Shown one piece after another: positions 39,965 to 53,208 of a stretch of DNA of 64,000 nucleotides (position 1 is the first letter of the stretch; each line of letters opens with the position of its first letter). The notes below the pieces were generated by a model. That model ran no database searches. It was not told where the DNA came from and was given only the letters and a program-made list of their open reading frames with translations. The stretch is from Octopus bimaculoides (taxonomy: Eukaryota), in NCBI RefSeq assembly GCF_001194135.2, contig NC_068985.1, positions 75,059,515 through 75,123,514 of the forward strand, written 5' to 3'. The position numbers and the translations under genes were made by a program.

Positions 39965-40420
39965 TACCCTGCACGTGGATCCTGGAAATACTAGCTGTGA
40001 GTAAGGTAACACCGGCAATGTCATGAGAAAATGTCTGTCAGCTCTGAAGTTGCACACAAAAGAAGGAATTATAAAAACTGAACCCATCCCCATGAGAAGA
40101 GGAATACGTCAAGGAGTCTTCCTCTCCCCACTCCTATTCTGTCTAGCCCTGAAGCGATTGAACAGCTTAGAATAATGTACCAAAACAACCTTCGAAGAAG
40201 AAAATCTAGTTAAGAACAGGAATATAATGCTAGATAACTAAACTGAAATAAGACAGCTAGATCAATCTCAGACATACAAATACAGAGGAATCAATAAACT
40301 ACGTAGGGCAGAACATTTACAAATAAAAGGAAAAACGAAGAATATTATATACTATACACGAATTAGATTAACGCTTAAAGAGAGTTAAGTTTGAAAAGTA
40401 AGCAAAGCAAATAGTGACTA
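39965..40420 (+). mobile_element. Second Dong-type RT fragment
   Basis: IPMRRGIRQGVFLSPLLFCLAL and YKYRGI. Confidence 0.7.
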
Positions 40421-42107
40421 GTCGAATATGTATATTTTCTCAATTCATAGCTACTTAATTTATTTCCATGGCTCAACCTTTCTTATGACATTATATCCGA
40501 ATTTCCTCTGTATTTTAAATTTTTTCATATTTGAAATAGATAAATTCGATCCTAATTTGTGTTCGCATGTTTTCAATGTTCCCCCAGCATTTTGTGCATT
40601 GTATTAAAGTTGGCTGTGTAATAGTTGGATAGACATTCTTTATCCATCGGATTTCTATGTACAATCCATATAAGTGTACACTAAATAAGAAAAGAAATGG
40701 CTATCTTATTTATTGAAAATACCAATATTTAGTATATGCATTGGGGGACTGAATTCTTCCGCATGTACTCAGAGATGGTGCTCGAACGACGTTTGTAGAA
40801 GTAAAGTAGTTGTGTTATATAAGACCAAGAATTGATCTTACTTCTGGATGAATAAAGCAAGGTAGAGAGGCGTATAGCTTCGTGCATATCTACATTAAAA
40901 GACGTCATCTTTTGTTCAAGACGAGGAGCAGCAATTTACCTTTTTAAAAATAACATATCAACAATATCACTATCTATACAGGCACTTGCATTTATTTTGC
41001 TACCCCAATAGGACAGAATGGTATGTATTTTATATCTTAAACATACACAGGTATGCAATTTGTCTGGAAAATTAAGGTCAGGCTGGATAAGATTTACTCC
41101 ATTAATTTACTTCCTTCTGATCTTAGGTTGGAAAAACGGCGATTGTCTCCATTAAGCTCATGGTAAGTGCAATGGATCTAGAAGTATGCGAAATGCGTTC
41201 GACAATTAACTCTAAATCAATTTTGATGACTACAAATGATGCAACAACCGGAAAAGCATATCAAGTACAAGTTTTCCCTTCTTAGTGTGTTCGCTTGCAA
41301 TCCTCCACCAAATCGAGAAATACATTTATCACTGTCCATATAGTTGAAGGCGTTGTCAAATATTACAAAATATATGTGCAAACAATACAGGATCTGAAAC
41401 ACTATTTTGCTCGATGTCATTGTTAATTCCGAAATATTTATTCGATTGCGTTTGAAACAACTTCAGTATCTATGCCCATATGAATGGAAATAATCAAATT
41501 TAGCATGTTAATAGACGTTACGATTTTTCCTAGTACATGCCATATGTTACTAAGTGCAATCATATTTAGTCTTAATAATATACATTTCTCATGGGAAGGG
41601 GCTCATTCTATTGACATTTTCTTGCGTGCTTTGCAATGAAAACAAAACAGATGCTTCCTTTATTTTATCCCAAAAATTTGTTTGACTTTTAATATTTTTT
41701 ATCAGAGCATACTTCATTGAGGCCTTCTTGAAAAAAAAAACGCTGCAGAGAACACAAAATATATTATAAATAAACACCTTTCCCTGTATGTCTTGGTACA
41801 AATTACCTCCTGCTGATTCGAATATTCCATTACAGTAATTTTATGAAGACAAAAAATTTTAGTAAGTAAACTACAATGAAAATGTCGAAGTTCGTAATAT
41901 AAACGTGCATATAAGATAGTTGAAAATATAAATATTTAAAAAACATATTTTAATATTTTTATTCATAGTTGCATGTTTCTTTGAACTTTAATGTTGATTT
42001 ATTTTTCAGACATTAATTACAATTAATTTCTCTTTTACTCTCCGGAAGTGTTTCTACATCCCATCCTTCTGTATTAAAGATGTATATTAAAATCGTTTTA
42101 CATCTTG

Positions 42108-42290
42108 CTAAGGCAGTGTGCTGGTAGACTGCTCAGTGGCATTTCGTTCGTTCGGCGATTAAATCCCGCTCAGAGCGAATTTGCCTTTTATATTTTCGGG
42201 GTCAATAAAATAAGTACCAGCTGAGCGCTGGGAACTATGAAGTCGACTGAAACCATTGGCCGTGTGCCAGAATTTGAAACCAATATTTAT
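42108..42290 (+). mobile_element. SINE family A, diverged
   Basis: AAGGCAGTGTGCTGGTAGA...TTTGCCTTTT..TTTCGGGGTCAATAAAATAAGTACCAG. Confidence 0.75.
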
Positions 42291-42296
42291 ATTTTC

Positions 42297-42517
42297 TAAA
42301 GACAGTGACTCGCAGAATCATTAGCGAAATTTCGTTCGTCTTTACGTTCTGAGTTCAAACGATAAGCTTCTTTCATTCCCTGTTTAGCGAACCTATTTCC
42401 AAATTTTTGGTCGGCCCGAAGCTATAATACAAAACACTTGTCGAAGATGCCACTTAGTACGATTGAACCGAAATCGTTATTGTTGGGGAACAAACGTCTT
42501 ACCGTACAGACACGCCA

Positions 42518-42518
<1 letters not shown>
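42297..42518. mobile_element. SINE A 5' half (+) abutting SINE B head (-)
   Basis: 42297-42360 gives GCAGAATCATTAGC...TTCTGAGTTCAAA; the reverse complement of 42365-42518 matches the head at 48628-48785. Confidence 0.7.
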
Positions 42519-42593
<75 letters not shown>

Positions 42594-43806
42594 GCATGCA
42601 CACACACACACACGCACACACACGCACATATTCACATATACTCCATACATATATTTAAGTATAATCACAAAGCAAAAAATCGGGAGGTTTGAGAGGAAAA
42701 TCTACATATATTTTCCCATAAGAACCTCACTTGCTTACAGCCATTTCACAACCTTCTACAGGTCGTATTATTAATTTCTCTTTGCAAATTTATGCATATA
42801 TATTTGTAACAATATGTATGCTGAACATTCTAGAATGCAATAAAGAAAGCTAAATCATCAGATAACCCATAGTATAATACTGTGCATACATAATGATGCA
42901 AACTTGTACGAAAACGTTGCCTATCGAAATTAATAACACTACACGAAGATTTTCGAAACGTCTATACGATATGGACGTTATGTGGCAAAATAAACTTAAA
43001 TTGAACTCTTACATCTTCTAAATTTAAACTTACATTCGACTCTAACATCTGAATTTTGTTTATTTACTCCCTGTTTAAACACCTATTGTTCAGATTTCCA
43101 GGATTTTCAGTTTCGCTGACATATTACGTAAAATTAAAACAACACAGTGATAATTCCTTAAACTGAGAACTTCAATTGAAAGCTATCAAATTCGCTGATT
43201 CCTTATGTTCTATTTCACTAGAGTTCTAAATACTTGAATATTTAGATACTTACATAACTTTCGGCCTGAATTGGCCCAGACCATGTCTAACTTAGTAGCA
43301 TTATCTGGAAAAGATGTTTAATGATGTTTCACATTAGTAATACTTTGCGACACCTAACCGATTCTAGTAAAGTGTTATTTACAAAGGTATATTCGGGTGT
43401 ATGCGGTTTAGCTAGAATTTATTGGAGATATTCGTCCAACAACCCTTTGAATGTTAGGGTAACTTTTCTTCTCTTATTTGCCTTGGCGTAATGTTAAAGA
43501 GAGCCGGTCCAGTTGAGGTGAAATAGTTCTTTCTTAGTGTTGTTATGTAACACGAACATGACTTTTGTAGAGTACGTACAACACGAGAACTAAGTCTTGT
43601 ATGCGTTTTAAAGTTGATTCCAATATAATTTAGGCAATATTGTTGGAATATTTTCTACATTATACAAAAGTTATAGAGCTCAGGGCAATGTTGAAAAGAA
43701 TAAAATTTGAGTTCTGGAAACCAACCCAATGATCGAGATCTGTGTTCCCGTCTAGATTTCTTGTGATAGGTGTGCCTTAACTGTTTTAATATTTTGTTTC
43801 ATGTAG

Positions 43807-43920
43807 AGAGACTATGGCGAAGTTGGAGAGTAGAAGGATAATGTTAGGGGCCACTCCAGACCGAAAAGTCTCAGGGATCGAGGAGAAAGCCCTGCAGGCC
43901 ATGACAACGTTTTTGTTTAA
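43807..43920 (+). CDS. Candidate host-gene coding exon (114 nt), product unknown
   Basis: Acceptor TTTTGTTTCATGTAG| and donor AA|GTGAGT; length is a multiple of 3; only one frame is open (ETMAKLESRRIMLGATPDRKVSGIEEKALQAMTTFLF); GC is higher than the flanks; no transposon motif recognised. Confidence 0.4.
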
Positions 43921-44092
43921 GTGAGTATTCCAGCTTTATTTTTTATCAAGTTACTCGGGAGTCCCTACTGGTGCTTGATGGCATAATGTCTGATGCCGCC
44001 TGGTAGCTTAAGTGCAGATTCTTTATACATATTTATAAAAATATATACGATTTGTTGATGCATAGATGTATATAAGAATATGTATGTGTGTG

Positions 44093-44162
<70 letters not shown>

Positions 44163-44716
44163 ATACACACGCATATATATTTATATATACATACACATTT
44201 ATATATATGTAAATGCATACACAAGCATATAGATATTTATACATAGCGAATCATACATTTGTGAGTACATATATATTTATATGTGCATCATAGGTTAACC
44301 ATATATATATACATATTTTATGAAATATTCCTGGTTCATTAGTTCATTTGATATAGTAAATTTTCTATTGTATTATAGTCTAGCTTTGTACGTACACCTG
44401 TGTGTGTTTGAAAGCGTGTATGTAGGCAGGTAACAAATCATCACATAAACAACATAAATAAATTGGAAGCAAATAGGAAACAAACAACAGGTATCATGTA
44501 GAGTTAGACAGACTATACTGAAGCCCCGGATACGTAGAAAAATAGTGCAAATAAACGACACACTCACACTAATGCGCGCACAGGCATGTTACACACACAC
44601 ACGCAACGCACTCACGCACGTATTTATATATAATATAGTCATATATATATATATATACACGATACACACACATATAGATACATATATATATACATATATA
44701 TATATTATATATATAT

Positions 44717-45243
44717 NNNNNNNNNNNNNNNNNNNNNNNNNNNNNNNNNNNNNNNNNNNNNNNNNNNNNNNNNNNNNNNNNNNNNNNNNNNNNNNNNNNN
44801 NNNNNNNNNNNNNNNNNNNNNNNNNNNNNNNNNNNNNNNNNNNNNNNNNNNNNNNNNNNNNNNNNNNNNNNNNNNNNNNNNNNNNNNNNNNNNNNNNNNN
44901 NNNNNNNNNNNNNNNNNNNNNNNNNNNNNNNNNNNNNNNNNNNNNNNNNNNNNNNNNNNNNNNNNNNNNNNNNNNNNNNNNNNNNNNNNNNNNNNNNNNN
45001 NNNNNNNNNNNNNNNNNNNNNNNNNNNNNNNNNNNNNNNNNNNNNNNNNNNNNNNNNNNNNNNNNNNNNNNNNNNNNNNNNNNNNNNNNNNNNNNNNNNN
45101 NNNNNNNNNNNNNNNNNNNNNNNNNNNNNNNNNNNNNNNNNNNNNNNNNNNNNNNNNNNNNNNNNNNNNNNNNNNNNNNNNNNNNNNNNNNNNNNNNNNN
45201 NNNNNNNNNNNNNNNNNNNNNNNNNNNNNNNNNNNNNNNNNNN
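44717..45243. other. Assembly gap (N)
   Basis: Run of N next to (TA)n. Confidence 1.
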
Positions 45244-46440
45244 GCGTTATTTCATTATAGTTTTATTTTTCAATATTATGATAAATAAAGTTTTTTTTCT
45301 TTTCATTTAGAATGTACTCTCCTTCATTTTCTGCACTGCTCTCCCATCTCGCTTGTGGACTTAGATGGTCCCTCTTACAAATTTCACTTGTCCGTGACCA
45401 CAAATACTCCAGTACTGTTCTGACCTCGTCTACAGGATTCAGATTCTTTCCGTCCAAATGATTTTGAAGACTGCGGAATAAATGATAATCAGATGGGGCA
45501 ATATCCGGCGAATATGAAGTGTGAGTTATCGTTTTCCATTCAAGCTCCTCCAGCCTTTGGAATATTATCCTTGCTGCATCGGGCCGAGTTGTATTCTGAT
45601 GGAAGAACACTTTTCGTCTTGAAACCAAAGCTGGTTGTTTTTCTTCTAGCGCTGACTTAAGTCACTCAAGTTGCTCACAGTAGACCTCATTTGATATCGA
45701 TTCGTTTGGGTTTAAAAGTTCAAAGTGGCCTCAACCTTTCATATCCCACCAAAGAGATAACAACACCTTACGTAGGTGAAAGCTTTCTTTAGCTTGGAGT
45801 GTCGGTGTTACTTCTTTCCCTACTCACTATCTTCGGCGCTGGGCTTATTTATAGAAAAGTCCATTTCTCGTCACCAGTCATTATTCGGTCAAAAAGAAAG
45901 AAAAAAAAACAACATTAGACTAAGAAAGTTTGTGAGGAACCCATTTACCCAATATGCTGACTTTTCCGATGGTATGCAGTTGTCGATGAAAAGTTGAATG
46001 ACCGAATCCAAGCTTCTCTGCTAGTTCCTCAACAGTTCCGATTGGATTTTCTTCCTGCAGGTTTTACAGGACGTACTCATCAGATCTACCAGGACGCGGA
46101 GCATCTTCTAGGCTTGAACCACCTATAACACTGGCTTACGCTTATTATGCGATCCCCATACACTGTATCAATATTCCTCGCACTTTCGGCTGCGTTGTTG
46201 CCGTTATTGATCTCATAAAGCAAAATATGCCGAATATGCGTCTTTGCCATTTCCATTATAGGTTTCAAAAAATAACCGTTAAGATCGAACTGCACTCTTC
46301 AACATTTGCACTAAGGATAGGGTCAAAGTAAAATTACTGCCTGTTTTTATAGCAAGTTGATGCAAGCATTTTATCCCTCCCCCTTCCGACATTTGGTTCA
46401 TGCAATTGAAAAAACTGCATTATTTGTGGGATTACCCTAT
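45244..46440 (-). mobile_element. Mariner element, near full length, decayed transposase
   Basis: HIRHILLYE.N.GNNAAE..RNI..VYG...SQCYRWF, WVPHKL, YSPDIAPSDYHLFRSLQNHL and RWE....EGEYI. TIR at about 46410-46438 abuts (TA)n; the other TIR is mostly in the gap. Confidence 0.9.
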
Positions 46441-46472
46441 ATATATATGTATATATATATATATATATATAT

Positions 46473-47125
46473 NNNNNNNNNNNNNNNNNNNNNNNNNNNN
46501 NNNNNNNNNNNNNNNNNNNNNNNNNNNNNNNNNNNNNNNNNNNNNNNNNNNNNNNNNNNNNNNNNNNNNNNNNNNNNNNNNNNNNNNNNNNNNNNNNNNN
46601 NNNNNNNNNNNNNNNNNNNNNNNNNNNNNNNNNNNNNNNNNNNNNNNNNNNNNNNNNNNNNNNNNNNNNNNNNNNNNNNNNNNNNNNNNNNNNNNNNNNN
46701 NNNNNNNNNNNNNNNNNNNNNNNNNNNNNNNNNNNNNNNNNNNNNNNNNNNNNNNNNNNNNNNNNNNNNNNNNNNNNNNNNNNNNNNNNNNNNNNNNNNN
46801 NNNNNNNNNNNNNNNNNNNNNNNNNNNNNNNNNNNNNNNNNNNNNNNNNNNNNNNNNNNNNNNNNNNNNNNNNNNNNNNNNNNNNNNNNNNNNNNNNNNN
46901 NNNNNNNNNNNNNNNNNNNNNNNNNNNNNNNNNNNNNNNNNNNNNNNNNNNNNNNNNNNNNNNNNNNNNNNNNNNNNNNNNNNNNNNNNNNNNNNNNNNN
47001 NNNNNNNNNNNNNNNNNNNNNNNNNNNNNNNNNNNNNNNNNNNNNNNNNNNNNNNNNNNNNNNNNNNNNNNNNNNNNNNNNNNNNNNNNNNNNNNNNNNN
47101 NNNNNNNNNNNNNNNNNNNNNNNNN
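46473..47125. other. Assembly gap (N)
   Basis: Run of N inside (TA)n. Confidence 1.
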
Positions 47126-47167
47126 ATATATATATATATATATATATATAGATAGATAGATAGATAT

Positions 47168-47198
<31 letters not shown>

Positions 47199-47359
47199 TG
47201 GATAACGCACGCACACTCACACTCTCTCTCACACACGCGTGCGCGCGCGCGCTAAAACATATTTTCTACGAAATGTTAATTACTTGAAATACCTTGCACA
47301 TTCATTTGTCACTTGTTTGCAGATTTTATGCCGAATATGCTTTCCCTATAGTACCAATA

Positions 47360-48244
47360 CAGGGTGAATGAAAAGCAACTTCCTGTTTTAAAAGACTTTT
47401 AATTTATTTAACTTTTTTTTTTCTCAAATTTGTTGTTTGTCTTCTTTATTGTATAGGAATTCATTCTATGTTGTTGTCGTCTTTCAAATCGATTCTTTTT
47501 GGGGTTTGTGGAGGTGATGTTGGCTTGGTATGATAAATGGTCTGATCTCTTTAAAAATATACTCTGGAGTGTTGAAACAGTATTCCACATCGGTGAGTTT
47601 GTGAACCGTCACAACTGCCGCTACTGGCTAGAAGAAGATCCTCGTATTAGCTCTGAAAAAAATGCAGAATCGGCCTAAGGTAACGGTACAGTGTGGAATA
47701 TTTTCGGACAGGATTGTGGGTCCTTTCATCCTTTGTAATACATGAATGCTGAAAGATACCTCACTATACTGCAAGATGAAATCTGTCCAGTTATCAGTAT
47801 TTGGGAGAATATTGAAGATTTGCTTTTTATGCAAGATGGTGCTCCTCCACATTTTGCTATTGTTGTTCGTGAATGGCTGAATGCCCACTTCCTTGGGAGA
47901 TGGATGGGCCATCGAGGTTCTCGCGATTGGCTGGCCAGAAGTACTGATTTAACACCCTGCAATGTTTTTCTTTGGGGTTGGTTAAAGGGGCAACGACTTT
48001 GGAAGAACTTGAGGGGTGAATACGAGAAGTTATAACTTCCATCGCACAAGACTTCCTGATGAAATCATTTGACGCAGTTTCCGAGCGGCTTGAGAAGCTG
48101 ATGGCGAATGCTGGTGCCTATATCGAATTTTAAATAAAACTCCATGCTATATGCTTTCTTCACTTATTCATTCTTTCTAAATATTATAGATAATAAATAA
48201 ATTATAAGTATCTTAAAATAGCGAGTTACTTTTCAATCATCCTG
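47360..48244 (+). mobile_element. Tc1/mariner-superfamily (Tc3-like) element, internally deleted
   Basis: Imperfect TIRs CAGGGTGAATGAAAAGCAACT and AGTTACTTTTCAATCATCCTG with TA on both sides; VNRHNCRYW, QDGAPPH, RWMG..G...WLARSTDLTPC.VFLWGWLK. Confidence 0.9.
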
Positions 48245-48626
48245 TATACAGAATGTTGATGTCTTTTATTTTCTCCACGAGAAGCGTTGTTGAGCTTGAC
48301 ATAAAGCGTTATGATGATATTTCAAATGATAAACATATTAATATATATCCTAAAGGCTCTGTTAGGAGGCTCTAATGTATATGTCATCTACTCTGACTTC
48401 ACCAAAGCTTTCGATAAAGATGACCACACCATTCTGTTGTATCAACTATCCCTCATTAGAATCTGACGGAAACTATCATATAAAAGTGGGTTGAATGTTT
48501 TCTAGTGATCGGAACCCAGTATTTGGTGAGAGATATTGTTCCGTCAAACTCGGCAACAGTCATCAATGAAGTGCCACAAGTTATTGCATTGAGTCCACCT
48601 CTTTTCATTATTTACATCAATGACAT

Positions 48627-48850
48627 AGGCGTGAGAGTGGCTGTGTGGTAAATAGCTTCCTTACGAACCACGTGGTTCCGGGTTCAGTCCCACTGCGTGG
48701 AACCTTGGGCAAGTGTCTTCTACTATAGTCTCGGGCCGACCAAAGCCTTGTGAGTGGATTTGGTAAACGGAAACTGAAATAAGCCTTTTATATATGTATA
48801 TATATATATGTGTGTGTGTGTATGTGTGTGTGTATGTGTGTGCGTGTGTT

Positions 48851-48884
<34 letters not shown>

Positions 48885-49078
48885 CATGTATGTGTGTATA
48901 AGTTTGTGTGTCTGTGTTTGCGTCCCCATAACTTAGCGGTTCGGCAAAAGAGACGATAGAATAAGTACTAGGCTTACAAAGAATAAGTTCTGTGGTCGAT
49001 TTGCTCGACTAAAGACGGTGCTCCAGCATGGCCACAGTCAAATGACTGAAACAAGAAAATGTGTAAAAGAGTAACAGA
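48627..49078 (+). mobile_element. tRNA-derived SINE family B with internal microsatellite
   Basis: A-box-like GTGGCTGTGTGGTAA and B-box-like GGTTCAGTCCC; internal (TA)(TG)n; short TSD GACAT at 48622-48626 and 49079-49083. Confidence 0.9.
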
Positions 49079-49814
49079 GACATCATCGACGTTATCAAAC
49101 ATAGAAACGTTAAAATTTTCATAGATGACACTAAGCCTCTGAAGGTCGTCGACAGGGAAGGAGGCCGGTATAATCTCCAGTCAGATCTCGCTGTTATATG
49201 ATGGGTGGAAAAACACAATATGCAGCTAAAGAAAATAAATTTGAATTAACCCACTTCGGTAAAGAGACTGCACTTATGCTACCAGACACCCTTCAGTCGG
49301 ACGAAATCCATATGGTATTAAACATTGCTAGGGACCAAGACGCAACTGTCGAAAACAGCTTAAGCTAGAGTGAACATATAGATACCAAAATTGGTACGTA
49401 CTCTTGCATCCTCATGAATTATCTGTCTGAGATGCTCCTTCAATTATCCTTCTCTTCCTTACCTTTGCCCGAACTCATCTTGAGTACTGTAGTCTATCGA
49501 GGTCTCCCTACACGAAGCAAGATATTATAAAATTTGAAGACACTTAGTGATCCGTCGCAAGGAAACTAGATGACCTGACAGGTCTTAATTGTTGGGGTCG
49601 TCTTAAGAAACTGAAATGCTAGTCCCTACAACATCGCCGTAAGCGCGATATCATGTATGATGTAGAATATATTCCAACAGCATTGCCCAAATGCAGTTGA
49701 CATCAACTCTAAAATTCGCCCAAGTTTTGATCCCCTGAGACATCTGTCTCCACACAACATTCAAACAGAACTATTATAGCTCAATTGACCCTGCTGTCAT
49801 TATATTGATGCCAA

Positions 49815-49970
49815 CTGCCGCTATGTTCTGAGTTCAAATTCCGCCGAGATCGACTGTGCCTTTCGTCCTTTCAAGGTCTGATATAAAAACCAGTTACGCA
49901 CTCGTGTCGATGTAGTCGACTTGTCCCCTTCCCACAGAATTTTCAAGGCCTTGTGCCTAGAGAAGAAATA
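49815..49970 (+). mobile_element. SINE family A, 5'-truncated, 16-bp TSD
   Basis: TSD ATTATATT(G/C)ATGCCAA at 49799-49814 and 49971-49986. Confidence 0.88.
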
Positions 49971-50227
49971 ATTATATTCATGCCAAGACGCATAAGAGAA
50001 AAGAATATCTCAAAACAATGAAATAGTTCCTGGACAAATACAGCAAATTCTATACAAGCCCCATACACCAGAATATATCTCTGAAAACGATAACTCTGAA
50101 CTAGAATGGATCATGGTGCCCAAAGAATGAATGTAATATGAAGCATCATTAAATGTTTGCCTTCACTTTTACATATTTTAATAACTGCTATTATATATAA
50201 AACCTTAATATTAAGATACAATAAATT

Positions 50228-50460
50228 TAAGGCAGCGAGCTGGCAGAAACTTTGGCGCGCCATGTGAAATGCTTAGGGGTATTTCGTCTGTCTTTACGTT
50301 CTGAGTTCAAATTCCACCGATGTCGACTTTACCTTTCATCCTTTTGGGGTCGATAAATTAAGTACCGGTTGCATACTGGGGTCGATCTGATTAACTGGCC
50401 TTTCTCCCAAAATTTATTTAATCTTTTCTACTCTAGGCACAGAGTGTGTTTTTATGTGTT

Positions 50461-50491
<31 letters not shown>

Positions 50492-50692
50492 GCGTGTGTG
50501 CGTGTGTGTGTGTGTGTGTGTGATTGCCCCCACCCCCACTATTTGAACAACAGTGACAGTGTGTTCTACAAAAGAGTCCGATAGAATAAGTACAAGGTTA
50601 AAAATAACTACTGGGGTCGACTCTTTTGACTAAAATATTTCAAGGCGGCGCCGCAACAGGGCCGCAATCAAAATACCGAAATAAGTAAGAGA
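50228..50692 (+). mobile_element. SINE family A head + (GT)n + tail shared with family B
   Basis: AAGGCAGCGAGCTGGCAGAA head and core; the tail at 50570-50690 is homologous to 48945-49060. Confidence 0.85.
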
Positions 50693-50949
50693 TAAATACA
50701 CACACACACACACACATATACTCACACAAACATATATATAGAGAGAGAAATATAAGGAGCAAAAATACTGGAGATTCAGTAAACAACACGTAGTAAAATT
50801 ATGAGTTGAAAATATGTAAAGAAAAATGAAGAAAATGCCTTCGTTTCGCATAGTTTAATATTTTTTATATAAATATATACATATTATATGGGTGTTGTAA
50901 AATCCAACCGGTTTTCGCTATTTAAATTAGCTTTTCAAGGGGTATTGTA

Positions 50950-51380
50950 GAGTGATTAATTAGCATGATGAGGGGGTTTCGCCATCTTGGCTGTTTGAAA
51001 AATAAGAAACAATTTAGAAAGTGAACCAAGGGAGATAATGGGTGTCAAGGGGGATAACCTATTCCTTAGTATAGCTTCTGAGGTTGTCAGGTTTGAATTG
51101 AGGTGTGGTTTATATCTTTGAATGAATAAGTTCTCTTTATTTAGTCGTTCTTGCACTGAAATTTAATCTTTGCACTGGTAGAAGGGGAAGGTAAGGACCT
51201 TCAGCGTTTTATCACCTGCGCATCTGTCAAGATGTGCGCTCAGTGCAATTTGCTTGTACTGGGGGAAGCGAATCTGTTCCTTATGCACCGTGACTCTGCG
51301 TCTCAAAGAAAGGCTCGTTTGGCCTGCAAAGTTATGGCCACAATCTGAGCAGGATATGTCATAGATCTGAGGCATGTTTT
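50950..51380 (-). mobile_element. Penelope-like GIY-YIG endonuclease fragment and 3' UTR
   Basis: IYDISCSDCGHNFAGQTSLSLRRRVTVHKEQI...LSAHL...RLNKENLFIQRYKPHLN. Confidence 0.85.
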
Positions 51381-53208
51381 AGTCATAACAACTGCTTCCA
51401 TCAATGTTCAGTTATCGCAAAAACTCGATCGATAATTATCGATCTTTTCAAAAGTTCGTCCGATTTCAACCGAACTCAGTACACATTTGCAACTTGACCC
51501 AAATAGTTTCATGGCGTCGCGGTACTCAGCGGAAGACCAGAAGACCGAAACTGAACTACAGAAGCACAATGAAGCTGCGTACCACTTAATCAATGTGTTT
51601 ATTGGTCCAGCATTTGATGTGACACCAGATTATTCAGATTTATTTATGCCAGGGATCCACTATGACAGCTATTTCTTTACTCATACGCATATCGCCTGTT
51701 CACGCACACAATGACGGACACTTGACTTTGTTATGGTCACCATTTCTTATTCTCATACATTGTCAGTACCTTCCTACAACGTCACTTTGTTTTTGTGATC
51801 TTGCCATTGCCACTCTGTTGTAAACTTGCTATTATGACCTCATACTGTTTGCTTGAAAAGTCCTCACCCTCGTACATAAAATCGCTTCCTGTAGACATGG
51901 TCTTACAATCGGTCGAGTCGTCTTTTGGGTCACTTAGCTGGATTGAAACAGCCGTCAAACCATCATCTACAGCCATAAATACTCTGCTTTATTTTGCACT
52001 CGACGTAAGCCCCGAAAACTCTTCATTTTTACAGTTTGTCGCCCCTCATTTGTGCTCCGACACCCGACACCCACTTCCTTCTGCCGTTTGTAACCGTGCA
52101 TTTTTACCCCTCACGTCGGGACCTAAATGTAACCTATTCCGTCCGACTTTCACACAATAGCCTACGTCGATTTTCAGCACTGACGCACATTCTGCAATCT
52201 TGCTTCAGATCGCTATCAGACATCCCGAATTACTTCCACGCATTGTTTTTCTCCTACCATGACCCCCTCCCCCAAGGAACCACCTGTTCTTCTGCCTCAG
52301 CTCAAGGCAACTCTTCTCCATATTGTTCGGACACTCGGTAAGTACTTGACCATTACTCACAAAGTAGCAACTAGGTGCCATTCCTTACTATCACACTAAC
52401 AGTCCTGCTTACCCCTTCACGCTTTTATCCTCTTACGATGGGGTAGTGTTGCATCATTGGTTTATTGCCGCGTTTTCGCGAGCGATGACTGCATCATTCT
52501 TAAAAAACTCCTTTTATTTTCTCGAACACCAGTCACGATCCTGTTCCAACGTTTTCACTGCAACCTCTCCTCACAAAGCTATCCTTTCATAATTTAATCC
52601 AGCTGCAGTTGGTAAGTCGCAAAATTGTTATTACATCTACTGTTGCTTTTTGTCATTTCACCTCACGCCGTTGGAACACGTTCATAAAGTACCACCTCTC
52701 ATTGGCAAAAATAGGTAGAGGGATTTTCGACAAATGCCTCCACCTCACGAATCGGTAAGCAACATTATCTCAGGCTTCACAGTATAGCTGCTAGATATTA
52801 TATGTTGACAATTTGCATTCATGTATTTTTCCAGCGTAGAACAAACTACGATTGACACCCGTTTACGAATGCGGATAGTGAAAAGCATGTTAATTGTCCC
52901 TTTGAGAAGTGATTTGATTTGTTGCCAGTTTCCATTGCAACATAGCTTACCGTACTGCTTCTAAATCACCTTATGGATATCTCTCCTTTTAGAAGTGCTT
53001 ATGGCTTTATACTCGCATACCTATTTCATAAAAAAACTTACATATCCTGTCTGCCGCTTGCTTTTATCCTTCTGACTAAGAGATCTCGAAACAAACGACC
53101 AACAAAATCCTCGCCTGACCGCTATTGCCATCCTGTGTGCAACCGCTTCCTTTCATCTTTTATCCAGAAATTATATATATATTTCCATCTCTCTCTCTCT
53201 CTCTCTCT

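Larger units (their letters stand above)
48300..50135 (+). mobile_element. CR1-like LINE RT and 3' end, copy 2, interrupted by two SINEs
   Basis: DFTKAFDK.DH, VPQ....PPLFIIYINDI[SINE]IDVIK...IFIDDTK, HLEYCS and SPYTKQDI; same family type as 1490-4220. Confidence 0.85.

Noticed and set aside
47323-47363. Phase-compatible exon chain 43807-43920, 47323-47363, 53877-53982
   Set aside because: The middle donor comes from the Tc1 TIR and is weak. Phase agreement among hand-picked candidates is expected by chance, and the joined peptide matches nothing I recognise.
48627-48710. tRNA gene
   Set aside because: A/B-box-like head continues into a SINE body with TSD; no complete cloverleaf.
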